A program made the position numbers and the translations under genes. Positions 12,483-25,655 of a DNA stretch of 64,000 nucleotides are shown here, in pieces. This DNA comes from Podarcis erhardii. Lineage: Eukaryota. Under the pieces are notes generated by a model. The model was given only the letters and a program-made list of their open reading frames with translations. It did no database searches and had not been told where the DNA came from. The stretch lies in assembly GCA_964252035.1 (NCBI GenBank), contig OZ176201.1, one strand, 5' to 3'. Position 1 is the first letter of the stretch. Each line of letters opens with the position of its first letter.

Positions 12483-13390
12483 TACTGAGTGTTCAGTTGT
12501 ATTGCCAGCTAGCCTAATACGGCCTGAGGCACACACTTTGTCATGCTTTCTCAAGTTATAGAAGAAGGGCGTGCCTAATGAAGGGACAGTGTCAGCACCA
12601 AAACTACCTGAATTAGGGAGCAAGGTCATAACGTTTCTGAAGTCTCTGTTCCTGCTGGATCATGCTCTTTTGAGAGGATCTGAAATCAAGTTATCTTGGA
12701 TCTTAAATTATTTCATGCTATGCTCTGCCTGATAGCGATTGTTCCTGCTTTCCCCCCATTCCTGCTGCTAAACTGTAAATGTTCCCATTACTATGCAAAT
12801 TTTGATACCCTTTTAGTAACCTCTTCATGTTTTGTATCATTCTGAACAGTACTCTGAAATTATGTCTCTGTGGGAAAGTCCTGGATGATGGGACTTAGAA
12901 GGATTCTCCCCTCCCTTCTTGAACCAGAAAGATGCTTCTGTGAGAGAAGTTAATGTAGATAAAACTAGACTTACAGACCAATCCTCCGAAGCATTTTTGC
13001 TAAGAAACATGTCCCACTTTATTCAATTGGATGTTATTAAAGATTGGGGTGGCATCAGCAAGTGAACGGACGACAGCACACTTGCAACTCTTTAGATGAA
13101 GGGTGACTTACACAGTTTTATATGAAATGTTCTGTTCAGCCCTAAGAAAGACAGTTAAGGCAATTAAGTTGCCCAGACTCTCATCCAGTTTTGGCCACAA
13201 GACTCAAATCCCCCATTTAGGAAGAAATGAGATAAAGACTCTAAAGTTTATCAGAAGTTCCCATGTATGGAAGAAAAACCTCAAAGCCAAAAAGGAAAAA
13301 GAAACCTAGCCAGTACCAAGACTGAAGTCTTCTGTGGGCAAGTACATACGTCTGGGGGTTACAAAATTTTCTGAGGAAAACATTTTGTAC

Positions 13391-13580
13391 CTGACTGAGA
13401 TTTTTGATGTGATGTGTTCCTTTCTCCAGAAGAGTCATTGTAGATGCCAGTATCTGGAGCCTGAAACATATAGCTGTCATTTGGCAAAGAATGGGTGCGG
13501 CCTACAGAAGGCTTCCTCACACTTAGCAGATCTTTGCTTGGTGAGAGAGTCAGGGGGTCATTTCTAGAGGGGAGATTGGC
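13391..13580 (-). CDS. CACNA1G: CACNA1G exon 36 (190 bp): ANLPSRNDPLTLSPSKDLLSVRKPSVGRTHSLPNDSYMFQAPDTGIYNDSSGERNTSHQKSQS(G)
   Basis: Acceptor ttctttttcag|GCC, donor TCAG|gtacaa. Conserved DLLxVRKxxVxRTHSLPNDSYM motif. Confidence 0.93.
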
Positions 13581-16550
13581 CTGAAAAAGAAAAGAAAGTG
13601 CGGATATCAAAGAATGGAAAAATACGCTGTCCATACTGGATCTTGTCGTGATAACCACTGCAACATACAGGGGACACAGTGAGCATGCATGTCATTTGGG
13701 TGTACAAATTCTACAGAAACCAAATGAAATTTGCACAGATGGGTTGACCAGGAGGTAAAAGCCCTACTTTTACACTGTTAATAAAACCACCACACACAGA
13801 ATGAACCACATTTTTAAAAAGAACAAAAAAAATTACAATACAGGGAAACAGAGAAACAACACTGCAATTATAAACCATGACTATTTCAGGAGTCATTGAA
13901 CAAGCATCATGCCTCAAGGTCTTGTATAACAATTGCATGCTTTGCAAAACTTTGATCATTAAAAATGAGGAATAAAATCTCCCACCACCCTGACCCCAAC
14001 CAAGTGATATTTTTACAGGAGTATGTACATAATATAAGCCTAGTGTTATATAAACAAGTGGGGAGGTATGTGCATTTTATGGAAGACAAATCCTTATTTG
14101 ACCTTCATTGACTTTGTGTTGATAAAAACAGGCCGCATAGAAAAGAAGAATTATAGAGGGATGTTGGTTTATTTCCAACAACAAGAAAAATACATCCTTA
14201 AATAAAAGATTAAGTTTTAAACGCTAAAATAGGCTATTACAACACTGTTAAATGAAGACAATCTCCAATCCCATGCTGCCTTTTGTAGTTGGTGAAAATT
14301 TATCTACCAAGAAATCTTTTGCATTACCGTACAAATCTCCTAAGGAATTTCTAATGTATTTCTCTAATGGTAGAGCAAAATATAATTAGTGTGCATGGTA
14401 AAACAAGATAAAACTAAAAATATAATATTTTTAAAAAGAGAAAAAGAAGAAAAATTACCAATGTAAGGTTAGCCAGTCATATATGACTTCCCTGCCATGT
14501 AGAATGAATTTCACTATTCTTTGATGGTTTTAGATAGGAAATTCATCTGTATCTAAGAATTCTCATGAACATATAGGTCTACCTATACCAAGAGGGTTTC
14601 CCCCTCGAATCTTGATACAGAAGACATCCTATTACAACTGGTGCAATGACGTGTTTTCACGTTTCATTGTAGAAACTGGCCCATGCTCAGATGGCTTCAA
14701 CAAATGTATTTGAAATTTGGGTCGTTTTCTGACAAGATGAGATTGATAAATCTGTCATGGCTAGGATGCATAGCATTGCAAAAAGTACCCCTCCCCTTAA
14801 TATTTAGGGACATCAATGTAAGGTTAGTTTTATGAGGCACTAATTTTGGCGCTAGAAAGCCAGCTGTGGAATACCAATTGGGGCATTACATGAGACTAGG
14901 TGTGGACTGCAGAAGCCATTCACAATATTTGCTACTGAAATTCACATGAAATTTTGGATGGTGCAGCCATCTCCACAGTTTTCTAAGCAGACACTAACTA
15001 GTGTACTATCTGACAACATTTTAAAAAATCATAAATTTGTATTTTGATAAATTTATCACAAAATTGACTCCCTACCCAGATGTCACAAAAACTGTTTTAA
15101 TAGCATTTTTTTTAAAAAAAAATCTACTGGTGTGTGCATTTTTTCAAATGAAGTACAGTGTTGAAGCCTAAATGGTGTCATATCTAATGGAGTTGCTCAG
15201 CTGACAGTAAAGTTTCTATCACTGGAATGGGAAGGAAAACAATATTTTGCAATTCCCCCTTCCCCTGCAGCCCCACCCTCTAAAATCTGGATTGGAGGAC
15301 CCCCCAGAGCAGATTTAGAGAGTGGCTGGGGGCTGCAGAGGAGAGGGAGAATTAGCTGGAAAATGATTTCCTCCGTCCATGCTCTGCTGATGGAAGTCTT
15401 ACGGTCAACTGAAAGGCACCAATGGATTCAACCCATTGAACTTAACTCATTACAGAAAATGTTAAATACTGAAGGTATGCACACTTTATTTTTCAAATTT
15501 AAAGTTATCTGTACCCGTGGATATCTTTTTGCAAAACTGAAATGTCTTGCTATGACCACCAAGGGACTTGACTGATATATGGCCTCATGAAAGTAACCTG
15601 TTGAACTGTTAGGGTTCTCAGATTCAGAAATCTATTTTTAAGACTTATGTTGATGGAGGTCAGGATGTTCTCTCTATTCTAGTATCTCAGTTTGAAAGAA
15701 AATTGCCCATTTAAAAACATTCATTGTAGCATTCTGAGTCTTTTGCATATGATGCCATGAAGCATGATGGGAAATATTGTCACGGTTTAAAGATGTGTTC
15801 CAAATAAGTAATAACTATGATGACAATCTACTAGAATGGAGAAAATTCATCAACACAACGCACAGCTAAAGCTAGGTATGTGAACAAGAGAAAACAAGGA
15901 TGAATCCACTAAATGTTGGAAGAGAAGTTATGTCTGTTGTACAGCAGAAATAAAGCACTTTATTGCTACACATTAGCTATAAATGTCTAATGTTTCAGGA
16001 GGAGATGGTTAAAGCAGGGCTCAAAATACTGGTTAAATGTTTCACAATGGAAAAAAGTCACTCTTTATTCTAGAAAGTCTGATCAAAGTGGTGACCAAAA
16101 AGTCTACAACACAAGCAGCAATGCCAAAGATTCAAGTCTGATAGCTTATGCTTGAAAATTGTAACTGGGATTTGCTGCCACACCTTCTAGGCATCTGCTT
16201 TTGGAATCATTTTAAGTTCAAAGAAGCAAAAACTAAGTGGGATCTTTTGTGTCATGGCATTTTCCTTAAGTCCATAATCAATAGAAGATCTCTCTGACGT
16301 TGCTTGAAATACTCTCATGTTTAGTATGTGAAATAAGTAAAATTAAAACATGCGGGAGCCACCTCAGAGGTAATATTGAATGTAAGCCCAAATAGAATGG
16401 TACTACAGGTATTTTATTTGTTCAAATAAAAAAAGTTATGTGCTGGTTAGAAATATTGCTTATCTGAAAATGCCATAGCTATTTCCCACTTGAGAACAGT
16501 ATTTAGAACCCTGTAAACATCAGAATATACAGTGACCAGTGAGTATGTAC

Positions 16551-16685
16551 ATTGCTCTCCAGGGCATTAAGTAAGAGTGTGTTATTATCATCAGGAAAAG
16601 AGTCATCCGTCAGAGCTAAGGACCAGGAATTTTCAGAGAGAATATCTGACGTCAGAGACAGAGCCTCCATCTCAGCTAGAGGGAT
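16551..16685 (-). CDS. CACNA1G: CACNA1G alternative exon 35 (135 bp): [45 protein letters not shown]
   Basis: Acceptor cccttgtttag|ATC, donor AAT|gtacat, phase 0-0. Near-identical to recalled human [45 protein letters not shown]. Confidence 0.92.
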
Positions 16686-18689
16686 CTAAACAAGGGAGAG
16701 ATGATCAAACATAAGAAACCAGGACAAATGTAAATGTCTTTGAGAAAAGAAATGCTATTATCATCACCATTACCGCCTAAATACTAAGGTAGTTCCCCTT
16801 CTAAGCAAGTGCATTTGTATTGTGCATATTATTTTGTGGATAAAGCTAAAAGGAAATGGAGACAAAGTTTAATTTTCTAAAAGTTCTAAACAGGCTTACA
16901 TATAATGCAAGGTGGAAATCACCAACTGCACAATAAAGATGCACTGATTAATATATAGTCTTTTGAGGCGCTAACTGAGGGAGCTAAAGCTTCAGCTGCT
17001 CTTGAATTAATTTTTAAAACCATGCCTAATTACATTTAAATGTTCCATGCTTCCAGAAATTCTACTCCTAAATGTTATAATAATATTCTGCTTGTGTTTG
17101 GTCAGAGGCTCTGAATTTGTTGTTGTTGTTGCTGCTGTTTTTTAAAAATGAATTTTGCAAGCTGGGGTCCAAACAGCTACTTTATTTGCACCCAAAATAA
17201 GGATGGTCAAATTTATCAATTTTGGATTCTCTCCTTTCCTCATTTTCAAGCCATAAGTGCACTTTTCCACATCTCCAGTTCAATGTGCATTTTTTAAAAA
17301 AGTCCTCAAGAACGTTCCCTAGCATTTTAGTGTGAATTTCTCCCATGAGTTTGTATATAATTTTGTCTGACATACACATTTTCCCCAAAGAATTCCCCCC
17401 TAATATATAATGCATTTTTCTTTGCTATTTTCATTAATATATATATTAGGCAAACTTTGCCCCAGCATATTCATAGAGTATGAAAATTAAATTTTCACAC
17501 TTTTGCAAAATTCAGGGAAACGCAATTTTCAGAATATATTGCTTCAGAAAGTGAGTTAGGTTAGTCTGCCTTTAAATTCAAACTGAACTGAATTTCTCCC
17601 CCATCTCCACATGTACCTAGGATCGGGTTTTGCTAGCCAAAAGGCACAACTTTCGCTGTTTAAATAGCACATTTTTCCTGCCAGTTTCAAATTGCTTGCT
17701 CAGTGGCGGAGGGAGCTGGAGTTCAAGTTCCACAACCCCAAAGCCCCCTTGGGCATTCAGAACTACTGAGCCTAGCTCTTTGGATCCTGAACCCTGCTAG
17801 ATGTTCAGTATATTATGTCTTCTCAATTTGAAATGCTATAGTTGCATTGCAGATCTACTTTGTTGTGGTGAGATCTCAGGAGTACTTCTGTAGCCTAGTT
17901 TAGAAAAGTCTGATGGAATCAGTGGAACGGCTGAGGAATTGCTGGCTTTCATGGCTCCTTAGATTTATTTGATGCAATTAAGCAAAACAAATACTAGTGG
18001 ACATGCACTGAACATTTTCTGTGTCACATTCAATAAAATAATAATGTACTGCTAATCCCTTTTAATCTGAGAATCAGTTGTTTCAAAACAATAAACAAGC
18101 AAACCTAAATGCTTTCTTTAACAGTATGGTTTAAAAATTGGATGTTGAGATTCCTGCATTGCAGGGGGTTGGGGCTAGATTGAGGAAGCAAGCCAAAGAG
18201 GAAGCCCTCCAGCTCGCGCCTCTGTTAAATGGTCCCGGCCATGCCCCCCCAGCCAGCGGATTGGCTGGCTGGGCCCCGACGTGGCCAGGATCCCCTGGCC
18301 ACGTGGTCCACCGCAACTCCTCCCCACTGGGAAGTGGAGCGGATATAACAAGAAAGGGTTCTAATCTACGTAACAGAGGAAGTAAAAGTAATTCTTTAAT
18401 ACTGTTTAATCCAAAGAAAATTGGTGTATCCTTCTTGTATATACCATTAGCAGACTTGAGCATATCAAAGTTGAGGGATATCAGCCCAGCTCTTTCCACT
18501 ACCGTTAATGGGATCATGGTCTAACGCTGTCACTTACTTGTTTTAAAAAATGAAATCCAACCCTTTATTTCAAAGTTCTCTCTAAATAAATGCAATTTAA
18601 GACCTCAGAGGGGCCCTATAACAGATCAGTGTCAAATGAGCCTGACTCCCTCCTTTCGCAATCTTCACAGAACCCTAGCCCAATGGTTG

Positions 18690-18805
18690 CCATCAATTTG
18701 ATTTGAATTAATTTTGTAATGAATGATTTTAGAATGTTGTACTATTTTATTGTTCTTAGCCACCCTGAGCCTGGCTTCAGCTGGGGAGGGTGGGATATAA
18801 ATAAA

Positions 18806-18837
<32 letters not shown>

Positions 18838-18851
18838 GTAGTAGTAGTAGT
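18690..18851 (+). mobile_element. LINE (probably L2-clade) 3' tail ending in an (ATT)n(AGT)n microsatellite
   Basis: GCCACCCTGAGC...GGGTGGGATATAAATAAAA followed by (ATT)n at approx. 18807-18836. Confidence 0.5.
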
Positions 18852-19987
18852 TTATGGACCATTTTTAGAATCTATTGCAAATATCATGTCATTAATAAAG
18901 GAGGCCCACTGCTGCCATCATCCTCAAACAATATGCTTATTTGTCTTAATATGGAGTGTTAAATTTCCAAGTAATTTTCTCAAAGCTTGGCATCTTATTT
19001 ATAAATTTTTATGTGTGTCTTCACAATAACATAGGCTTTTTTCATTTTTGCAGGAAACATTTATCATGTCATAAAACTGACTCATACCAATGGCCACTAT
19101 TACATAAAGATATATGTCTATTCCATGTCTTCCAATTCCTCCTTTATCTCAACAGTTCATTTTTTATGCCAAACAATTAGCGCTTTTACTTTAAGTGCTC
19201 AAGCCATCTGTGTCCAATGGTAATGAATCTTTCAGGATGTAGTGTGGAGACCAGGATTAGTTGTATCTAACCCAGAAATGTTAGAGAATCTCAAAGAGGG
19301 CTAGGGAAGACAGCAATGGTTGAATTAGCCTCATTTGATTTCAGGAAACAGCATATTTATAGAAACATTTATAGATTTATAGAAACATCTATAAATCTGG
19401 TCATTTTCTGAATTTAAATATTTTGATTTCGAACATGTTAATAAATTCAGTAACACTGTGTCCAATAGCTCTCTAATAATAAGAATGATAGTACTGGCAT
19501 ACCATGTAGTCTTGTGGTATTCTAGCAATTCTGTGTTGGTTGTGAATGGAACAAATACTATGCAAACAACTTTGAACTATCACAATGAGAAGGACTTTCT
19601 GGGAGGAATTCAGCATTGTGCAAGGCAGTCCTTCTAGCAAGTCAAGCATTTTGGCTCACCATAGGGAATGATTCCCCCCCTCCTCCCCACGATTTAGCTC
19701 CACCCCGAGCCAATGTGGGAATGAGGGGGGGGGGAAGCCCCATTGTTCAGGACTTCCACTGAAGGGGCTGAATCCCACCCTCAGTTTCAGTAAAAAAGCA
19801 TGAAATATTATCACTAATTCCATGCCACCTAATGAAAGTGTGATAGCTAGGTGCAGGGCCACAGTTGATGTGGCAACAAACAGATTAATGCTTTGATAGC
19901 TCATTGCCAAATACACAATTATAATGTGAGAACCTGAATGTGTGTATCTATCTCAGAGAGAAGATCCACATGTTCCTTGCCAAACAC

Positions 19988-20122
19988 CAGGGACAGGGAA
20001 TCTGTGGCCTGCTAGATATTGCTGCATTTCAACTACTATCACTCCTGGTCATTGACCATGTTGACTGGTGCTGGGAGCTGGAGACCAGCAACATCTGGAG
20101 GGCCATAGAAAGCCTGTTCCTG
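19988..20122. mobile_element. Decayed copy of the approx. 135-bp hAT MITE family (further copies at approx. 12127-12257, 26313-26430, 47564-47625, 61831-61962)
   Basis: Shares the ccagatgttg...caactcccatc...gatgggag...acatctggagggcc core with the 32244 and 38059 copies. Boundaries approximate. Confidence 0.6.
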
Positions 20123-20996
20123 CCATGCATCAGACACACAGACAGGTAGAAAGAGGGGGGGGGATTTTAGTTTTCACAACATTTCTCATGTCTCTTCAGA
20201 TATGGGAGTAGCTGGCAAGAGCAGCTGAATGTAAAATAAGAAAAGGACCACACAGCACAATTCTAAATACAGTTACGAAGAAAGTTCCTCAAATTCAATT
20301 GGATTTGCTTCTTAGTAAATGTTCTAAGCCTGATAATTGCTTCACACAAAACAGCAAAAAAGATCCCATGGTGGATACCATGTTTTCAATAGAGAGAGCT
20401 CCATTTTCAGAAATGCCAGTGGCCAGGAGAATCAACAATGATAGTTTACATGTGGAAGAAAAAGTGTAACATTTGGTATGCGCTATTTGCCGAGAGACAG
20501 TGTGGCAGGCTACATTGGAAGTCTCCTCTCATTATTTAAAAATGCGCCTCCTCTTTCATCCTTGGGAGAAACCAGTCATCCTAATCTTCAACCTAATGAG
20601 AGTCCCAGTGTGATATACTGTGCTGGGCAGTAAGAACTAATGACGTAGGTGGCTGGTTCCATGTGGGAAAATAATAGCCATTCAGCTGTTACAAGTATGT
20701 GACGCCTACACTGCAGGGCAATCAACTGGCTCAGACCTGGAGCTATATAGATGCCTCCACCTTTTTGAAGCACTGCCACATACTACACCCATATCTATAA
20801 TATACTTGCCCTACCCTAAGAGACAAGGAAGTTTCATTAGTGGGCTGCTTAAAAAGCTATTAAATCGAAACTTACCGTAACTAGAAACTTAAACCCATAT
20901 TAAGGCTGCAGTGCTTAGTCAATTAATTGGTTAGAATAATTAAAAAGCCTGAAAATGTTTAATTGACCAGAAATGCCCCCTGGTTAATTTGGCACT

Positions 20997-21051
20997 GTGT
21001 GTTTGTTTGTTTGTTTGTGTGTGTGTGTGTGTGTCTGTGTGTGTGTGTGTG
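20997..21051. repeat. (GTTT)n(GT)n microsatellite
   Basis: Read directly from the sequence. Confidence 0.9.
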
Positions 21052-21574
21052 CGCGCCAGTACTTACTGTAGATGGCAAATCTTAAAAGAGGCAATCTTCC
21101 TTTTATCTCTCACAAGAAATTCCAAAGCTACCCTGACTTTCCTGATTAATCAGTATGCCCTTTTAATATGCTATCAAAGCTTTAATTGATTATAATATTT
21201 GGCCCTTGTGGTCTCTTCCAACTCTATGATTCTATGATTCTAATATTTTGCTTCAACCTGGAATTGGATTTGAACAAATACACCTTTTGAACAAATACAC
21301 CTTTTATGTTCACATGGAGCTAATCAGAAATCAGGTACACTGATAGTACTGGAATTGTCCTAGGTTTTAAATTACATAATCTGCTTTGACACAAGGAATA
21401 TACTAAGCAAGGTGACAACCCCCATACACATACTGAACTATCTTCACATCTGTTTACACACAGGCCAGTTTATTTTCAACATCCCAAAGTGGTCCATGAA
21501 ATTCAACATAGACTTCCATGCAGATGAATGGAAATGTTCACAAGAGCAGCATCTCATCTCTACGCTACCTTACA

Positions 21575-21900
21575 GCACAATCCTATACATGTCTACTCAA
21601 AAGTAAGTTCCCATTGAGTACAATGGGGCTTACTGCCAGGAAATCGAGTGTAGGATTGCAGCCTTAATGACATTCTTATAAGCTTTCCAGCGTAATCTTA
21701 TGCATGCTTACTCAGAAGTAAGCTCCACTGTATTTAACAGGGCTTCCTTCCAGGTCAGTATGCATAGGATTGTAATGCCAATGCACTAAATACTTGTCTA
21801 AACATAAATCTAGCTATGGTTATAGTCCTATACATACTGATGGTGGAGTATGTTCCACTGAATTCAGTTGGCTTTCTAACTGAACATGCATAGGACTGGG
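21575..21900. repeat. Cluster of three decayed short palindromic squamate repeats (aatcctat...ataggattgc type)
   Basis: Three similar units of approx. 90 bp; related copies near 2170-2245 and 23680-23760. Confidence 0.45.
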
Positions 21901-21910
21901 TGGTAAATAC

Positions 21911-22239
21911 TAGGGATGGAAAAGGAATTTATTTGGTCAGCATTTTTAAAGCGAATTGACCCAGTTTGCTGTTCCTAAGCTTATCAGCAGATTGAAAACT
22001 AATGTCATTTTGGTTCCAAAAATGGATACAAAAATGTGCAAGGAAAATGCATATTTTATAGGGGGAAATGTGTACAAAATGCATTCTTTAGGAGAACATG
22101 TGGACATTTTCAATTCACATTTTTCATGGTGGTTTTTTGTTTTTTTAAACACAGGCACAGAAAACAGGGGGACTGGTCCTATGATTGAACACGTGAAAAA
22201 CTGACACAGAATGACAATAGGCTGATCCATCCATCCCTA
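21911..22239. mobile_element. hAT-type non-autonomous element
   Basis: TIR TAGGGATGGA / TCCATCCCTA; perfect 8-bp TSD GTAAATAC. Related decayed pieces lie near 17150-17610, 34230-34786 and 45830-45990. Confidence 0.75.
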
Positions 22240-22423
22240 GTAAATACCCATCTCCTCTTAAACAAATAGAAATGCATTTGCCATTCTACAAAAGTAGTTT
22301 TTAGTCACTTTCGGCCCTGATACGCCTACTTTAGATAAAAGTAAGAAAACCTCTCTCTCTTTTGTAATAAAGGTTTCAATCTAAATTTAGATAGAAACTT
22401 TTCAGGAAATTAGTAATATTAAC

Positions 22424-22564
22424 CTGTTTCTCAGAGTTGTAATTGTCAGTAGCTGGAAGGGCATAATGATGGCACACAGAGCCTGATAAGTTGTCCATCA
22501 GCTTCAACTCTCCTTCTAGAGATTCCTGGATCAGCAGTGATATGGTATCAAACAAGTGTCTTTC
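22424..22564 (-). CDS. CACNA1G: CACNA1G alternative exon 34 (141 bp): [47 protein letters not shown]
   Basis: Acceptor ctcctcccag|GAA, donor CAG|gttaat, phase 0-0, no stops. Similar to recalled human [26 protein letters not shown]. Confidence 0.9.
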
Positions 22565-24544
22565 CTGGGAGGAGTGCCATATAGCATGCAGAAAAGGATA
22601 AGCCAGGCCAAAAGAGAGGGGCAGAAGCGGGGCAAGGTAGGGGGAGCGAAAGAAGAGAAAGAAGAGAGAATGAATGCATGAGAGACAGAAAAGAGGAGAA
22701 GAGACAGAAAAAGAATGTTTTCAGACAGAACAGCAGTTGTTGAAATGGCCAGGAAGGGAAGACAGAGACAGAGAGGGGAAAAAGAACAGTGCAGTAATAC
22801 CACAGTCAGAACCTTTCTTAGACGTTGCTACACACTAGACCAAAACCAAACACGATAGTGCTCTAAGACTGGTGGGACACATTACATTCATTCATTCGTA
22901 AGTGGCTACTGATAGAACTATTTCTACTTTGCAGAGCCATCCTACTTGATAGCAGGGAACAAAACTGCAGCATAGCTAAACAACAATATGCACAATTTAA
23001 AATGGAGGTGGGGATGGGAGCCCAGCATTAAGCCTGAAAAAAAAAAATCCACACTTTGGCATCACTTAACCATGTAAAAAACAGAAATGGCCTTGAGAGA
23101 TGCTGGATGATTTGCAGTTGTGCTCGGTGGCTCAAGTGTTAGGCACCTCTGAAAATTAGGCCACTAATTTAGTAACCACTGGATGAGTGTAAGATTAAAT
23201 TTTCAAAAGCACAAAAAGTGACAAAACTCAGTGGATTTCGACTTCTGTTTTGTCTGCTGGTGCTGTTATGCATAGTGCTTGGAGTGTGGTTGGTATTTCC
23301 CAAGGCTAGGCCCTATACCGTGTAAACAATCTTTGAAGGCTGGAGTTGCCTGTGTGACAGATCACATGGCTGCCAGTGGATCTGTCACCCTGCATCAGAT
23401 CACAAACACAGATATGAGGAGTACCTACCTGAGTCTGGCACCCAAATGTCACTGGATTGGTGTAGGATCCATCCAGACATGGGGAAATGACAACCCAGCT
23501 GATTTGGAAATCTGAACTACACCTCAGGCTTTTGCTACTAGCTGGGGAAAATTCAATTATTCTATACTGCAGATTAAATCTAAATACTCTGATTTAAGTT
23601 ATTCATGGCCATAACCTAGTTCCCTTTGACTTCCATGATGATTATTAATTTTGGGGTTTGTGCGATGCTGAATAGTCCAGTCCTATGCATGCTTCCTCAG
23701 CAGTAACACCCACTAACTTCAATGGGACATATTGCTGAATAAGTGAATTTAGGATTCTGTAGCGCCTGAGATAGTCCAGCAGGAAGTTTGGGATTCGGAA
23801 GACCTATGAGCTTTTGAAAATTTTAACCCAAGTTCCAAATTACAGGCTCCCAATTTCAAAAGTGTCTTCTCAAGTGCTTACACCTGAATATTAATACATA
23901 GCGTAAAAGCTTCTCAAGCAATATGATGGCTGATCACTTAAAAGCAGTACTTTCTATGCAGGCAAGTATGTATGATGACATATACCCTTATGAACACAGT
24001 GCATATACTTTACGGAACATGCAAGCAAAGAAGCATGCTGCCAGTCACATAACTTTGCATGGCTACATTTTAGGAGCTGTATTCCTCTTTCATCATGTGC
24101 TCAAATACCACATTAACACATAAATTTCCACTGAAAAAAGAGTTCTGCGGGGCGAGACAGTCACCCGTCCAAAGTTAAGGCTGGGACAGATCTGAATAAA
24201 TGTATTATATGTATACCAGACATATAGCTGAGAGAGTGAGTGGGTGATCTTGTGCCTGTTTAATGCAGTTCTTGTAGCCACCTGCTGCACATCCCTCATC
24301 TCCCATCAACATAACCTGCCAACTCATAACAAATGCTCTCATGACTCTCATCGTTGCAATCCCATATGAACATTCAATTTCATGGTCTGCACTTGGCTGA
24401 GTAGGGATTTTTTTTACTCACAGGGGGAAAGGAATACAACTCCCTTATACATTAATACACTCAAGACGTTTTGGAATCTGTGCAAATGCTATCTGACGAA
24501 AGTATAAGCTACTCCCCACTTCACCCACCACCTAAGATTCTCAC

Positions 24545-24889
24545 CATAGGATGAACCAATGAGAGTTGAGAATCCACCTTGATTTGCATGGGATTGGCAT
24601 ATCCTCCGGGGCTCTCAGGTCTTTCTCCTGCATTACTGCCTGCCCATATGAAAGGGTCAGAGGGTGGATGCTGGCCTGGGGTGATTGTCTTCATTTCCAT
24701 CTCCAGTTCCAATTCCAGTTCTGCTTCCTCTTTTGCTTCCTTGTTACTTTCCTCTAGGTGCTTCATGAGTACAGCAATCACCACATTCACCAGGACAAAC
24801 TGAGCTGTCAGCACAAATGATACGAAATAGATTGGCGAGATGACGGTGTTGTAGCAGGTGGATTCCTCATCGCAGTCTCGCAGAGTGTC
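24545..24889 (-). CDS. CACNA1G: CACNA1G exon 33 (345 bp): [57 protein letters not shown]...SLVHPM, domain IV S6 and proximal C-tail
   Basis: Acceptor ccttcctttag|GAC, donor ATG|gtgaga, 115 codons. Overlaps ORF 24521..24814. Confidence 0.95.
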
Positions 24890-25340
24890 CTAAAGGAAGG
24901 AACAGAGGGATGGGAGGTGGGAATGGTCGTGGCTTATGAGACAGTTCTGGGCAACTCTATCCATGAATCAGATTGGGCTTTTCAGCTTCAAGTCCAAAAG
25001 GCTTTTTATAGGGGTGAGCAAAACCCACTGTGGAATCTCTTCAGGTTAATTCCCTTCATCCTCCACAGAGTTTATATGGAATTTCTGGAACTTGTTTACC
25101 CATGTCCCATGGCAGACCTTTTCTGCCAAACTTAGCCTTCCTAAACGCTCCATTATCGTGTGGAGGGCACACAAAGGCTTCTCACTCATACAAATGGCCA
25201 ATGCACACAACCTTGCCGCAAGAGCTGATTTCTGTGCAAACATCAACATTGAACTATTCAGCACTGTCCTAGCATGAATTCCTCAAACCATAAGAACATC
25301 TGTCTTACTGTAGCAACACTCATTCTAATGGGGATTTTAC

Positions 25341-25462
25341 CTTCATTATCCCATTCCAGTTGTCTCCTGTTGATACACGGAAGAGTGTGAGAAAAGCCAT
25401 CCCAAAGTTGCGAAAAGTTGCATGCCGCCCTAAGCCCTCACAGGGATGAGTATCGTCACATT
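25341..25462 (-). CDS. CACNA1G: CACNA1G exon 32 (122 bp): (E)[40 protein letters not shown], domain IV pore loop
   Basis: Acceptor tcatacag|AA, donor AAG|gtaaaa. TGDNW filter motif. Confidence 0.97.
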
Positions 25463-25576
25463 CTGTATGACCAACAAAAAATAAAGGCAATTTAGCCATT
25501 TGTTTTCATGACAAATAACTATGTTACTCTGCCTCATCCAATTCTATGCAACAAACTGGTGGAGCAGAGAACTTAC

Positions 25577-25655
25577 CAAGGTCTCCAAACAGCTCCACGC
25601 CAAGAGCTGCAAATATGAAAAACAACAACATGAAGAGAAGACCCAGATTCCCCAC
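25577..25655 (-). CDS. CACNA1G: CACNA1G exon 31 (79 bp): [26 protein letters not shown], domain IV S5
   Basis: Acceptor tttacag|GTG, donor TTG|gtaagt. Confidence 0.96.

Noticed and set aside
20450-20720. Possible extra exon between exons 34 and 35 (acceptor CTCTCATTAG)
   Set aside because: There is an in-frame stop within four codons, a weak pyrimidine tract and no similarity to Cav3 peptides.
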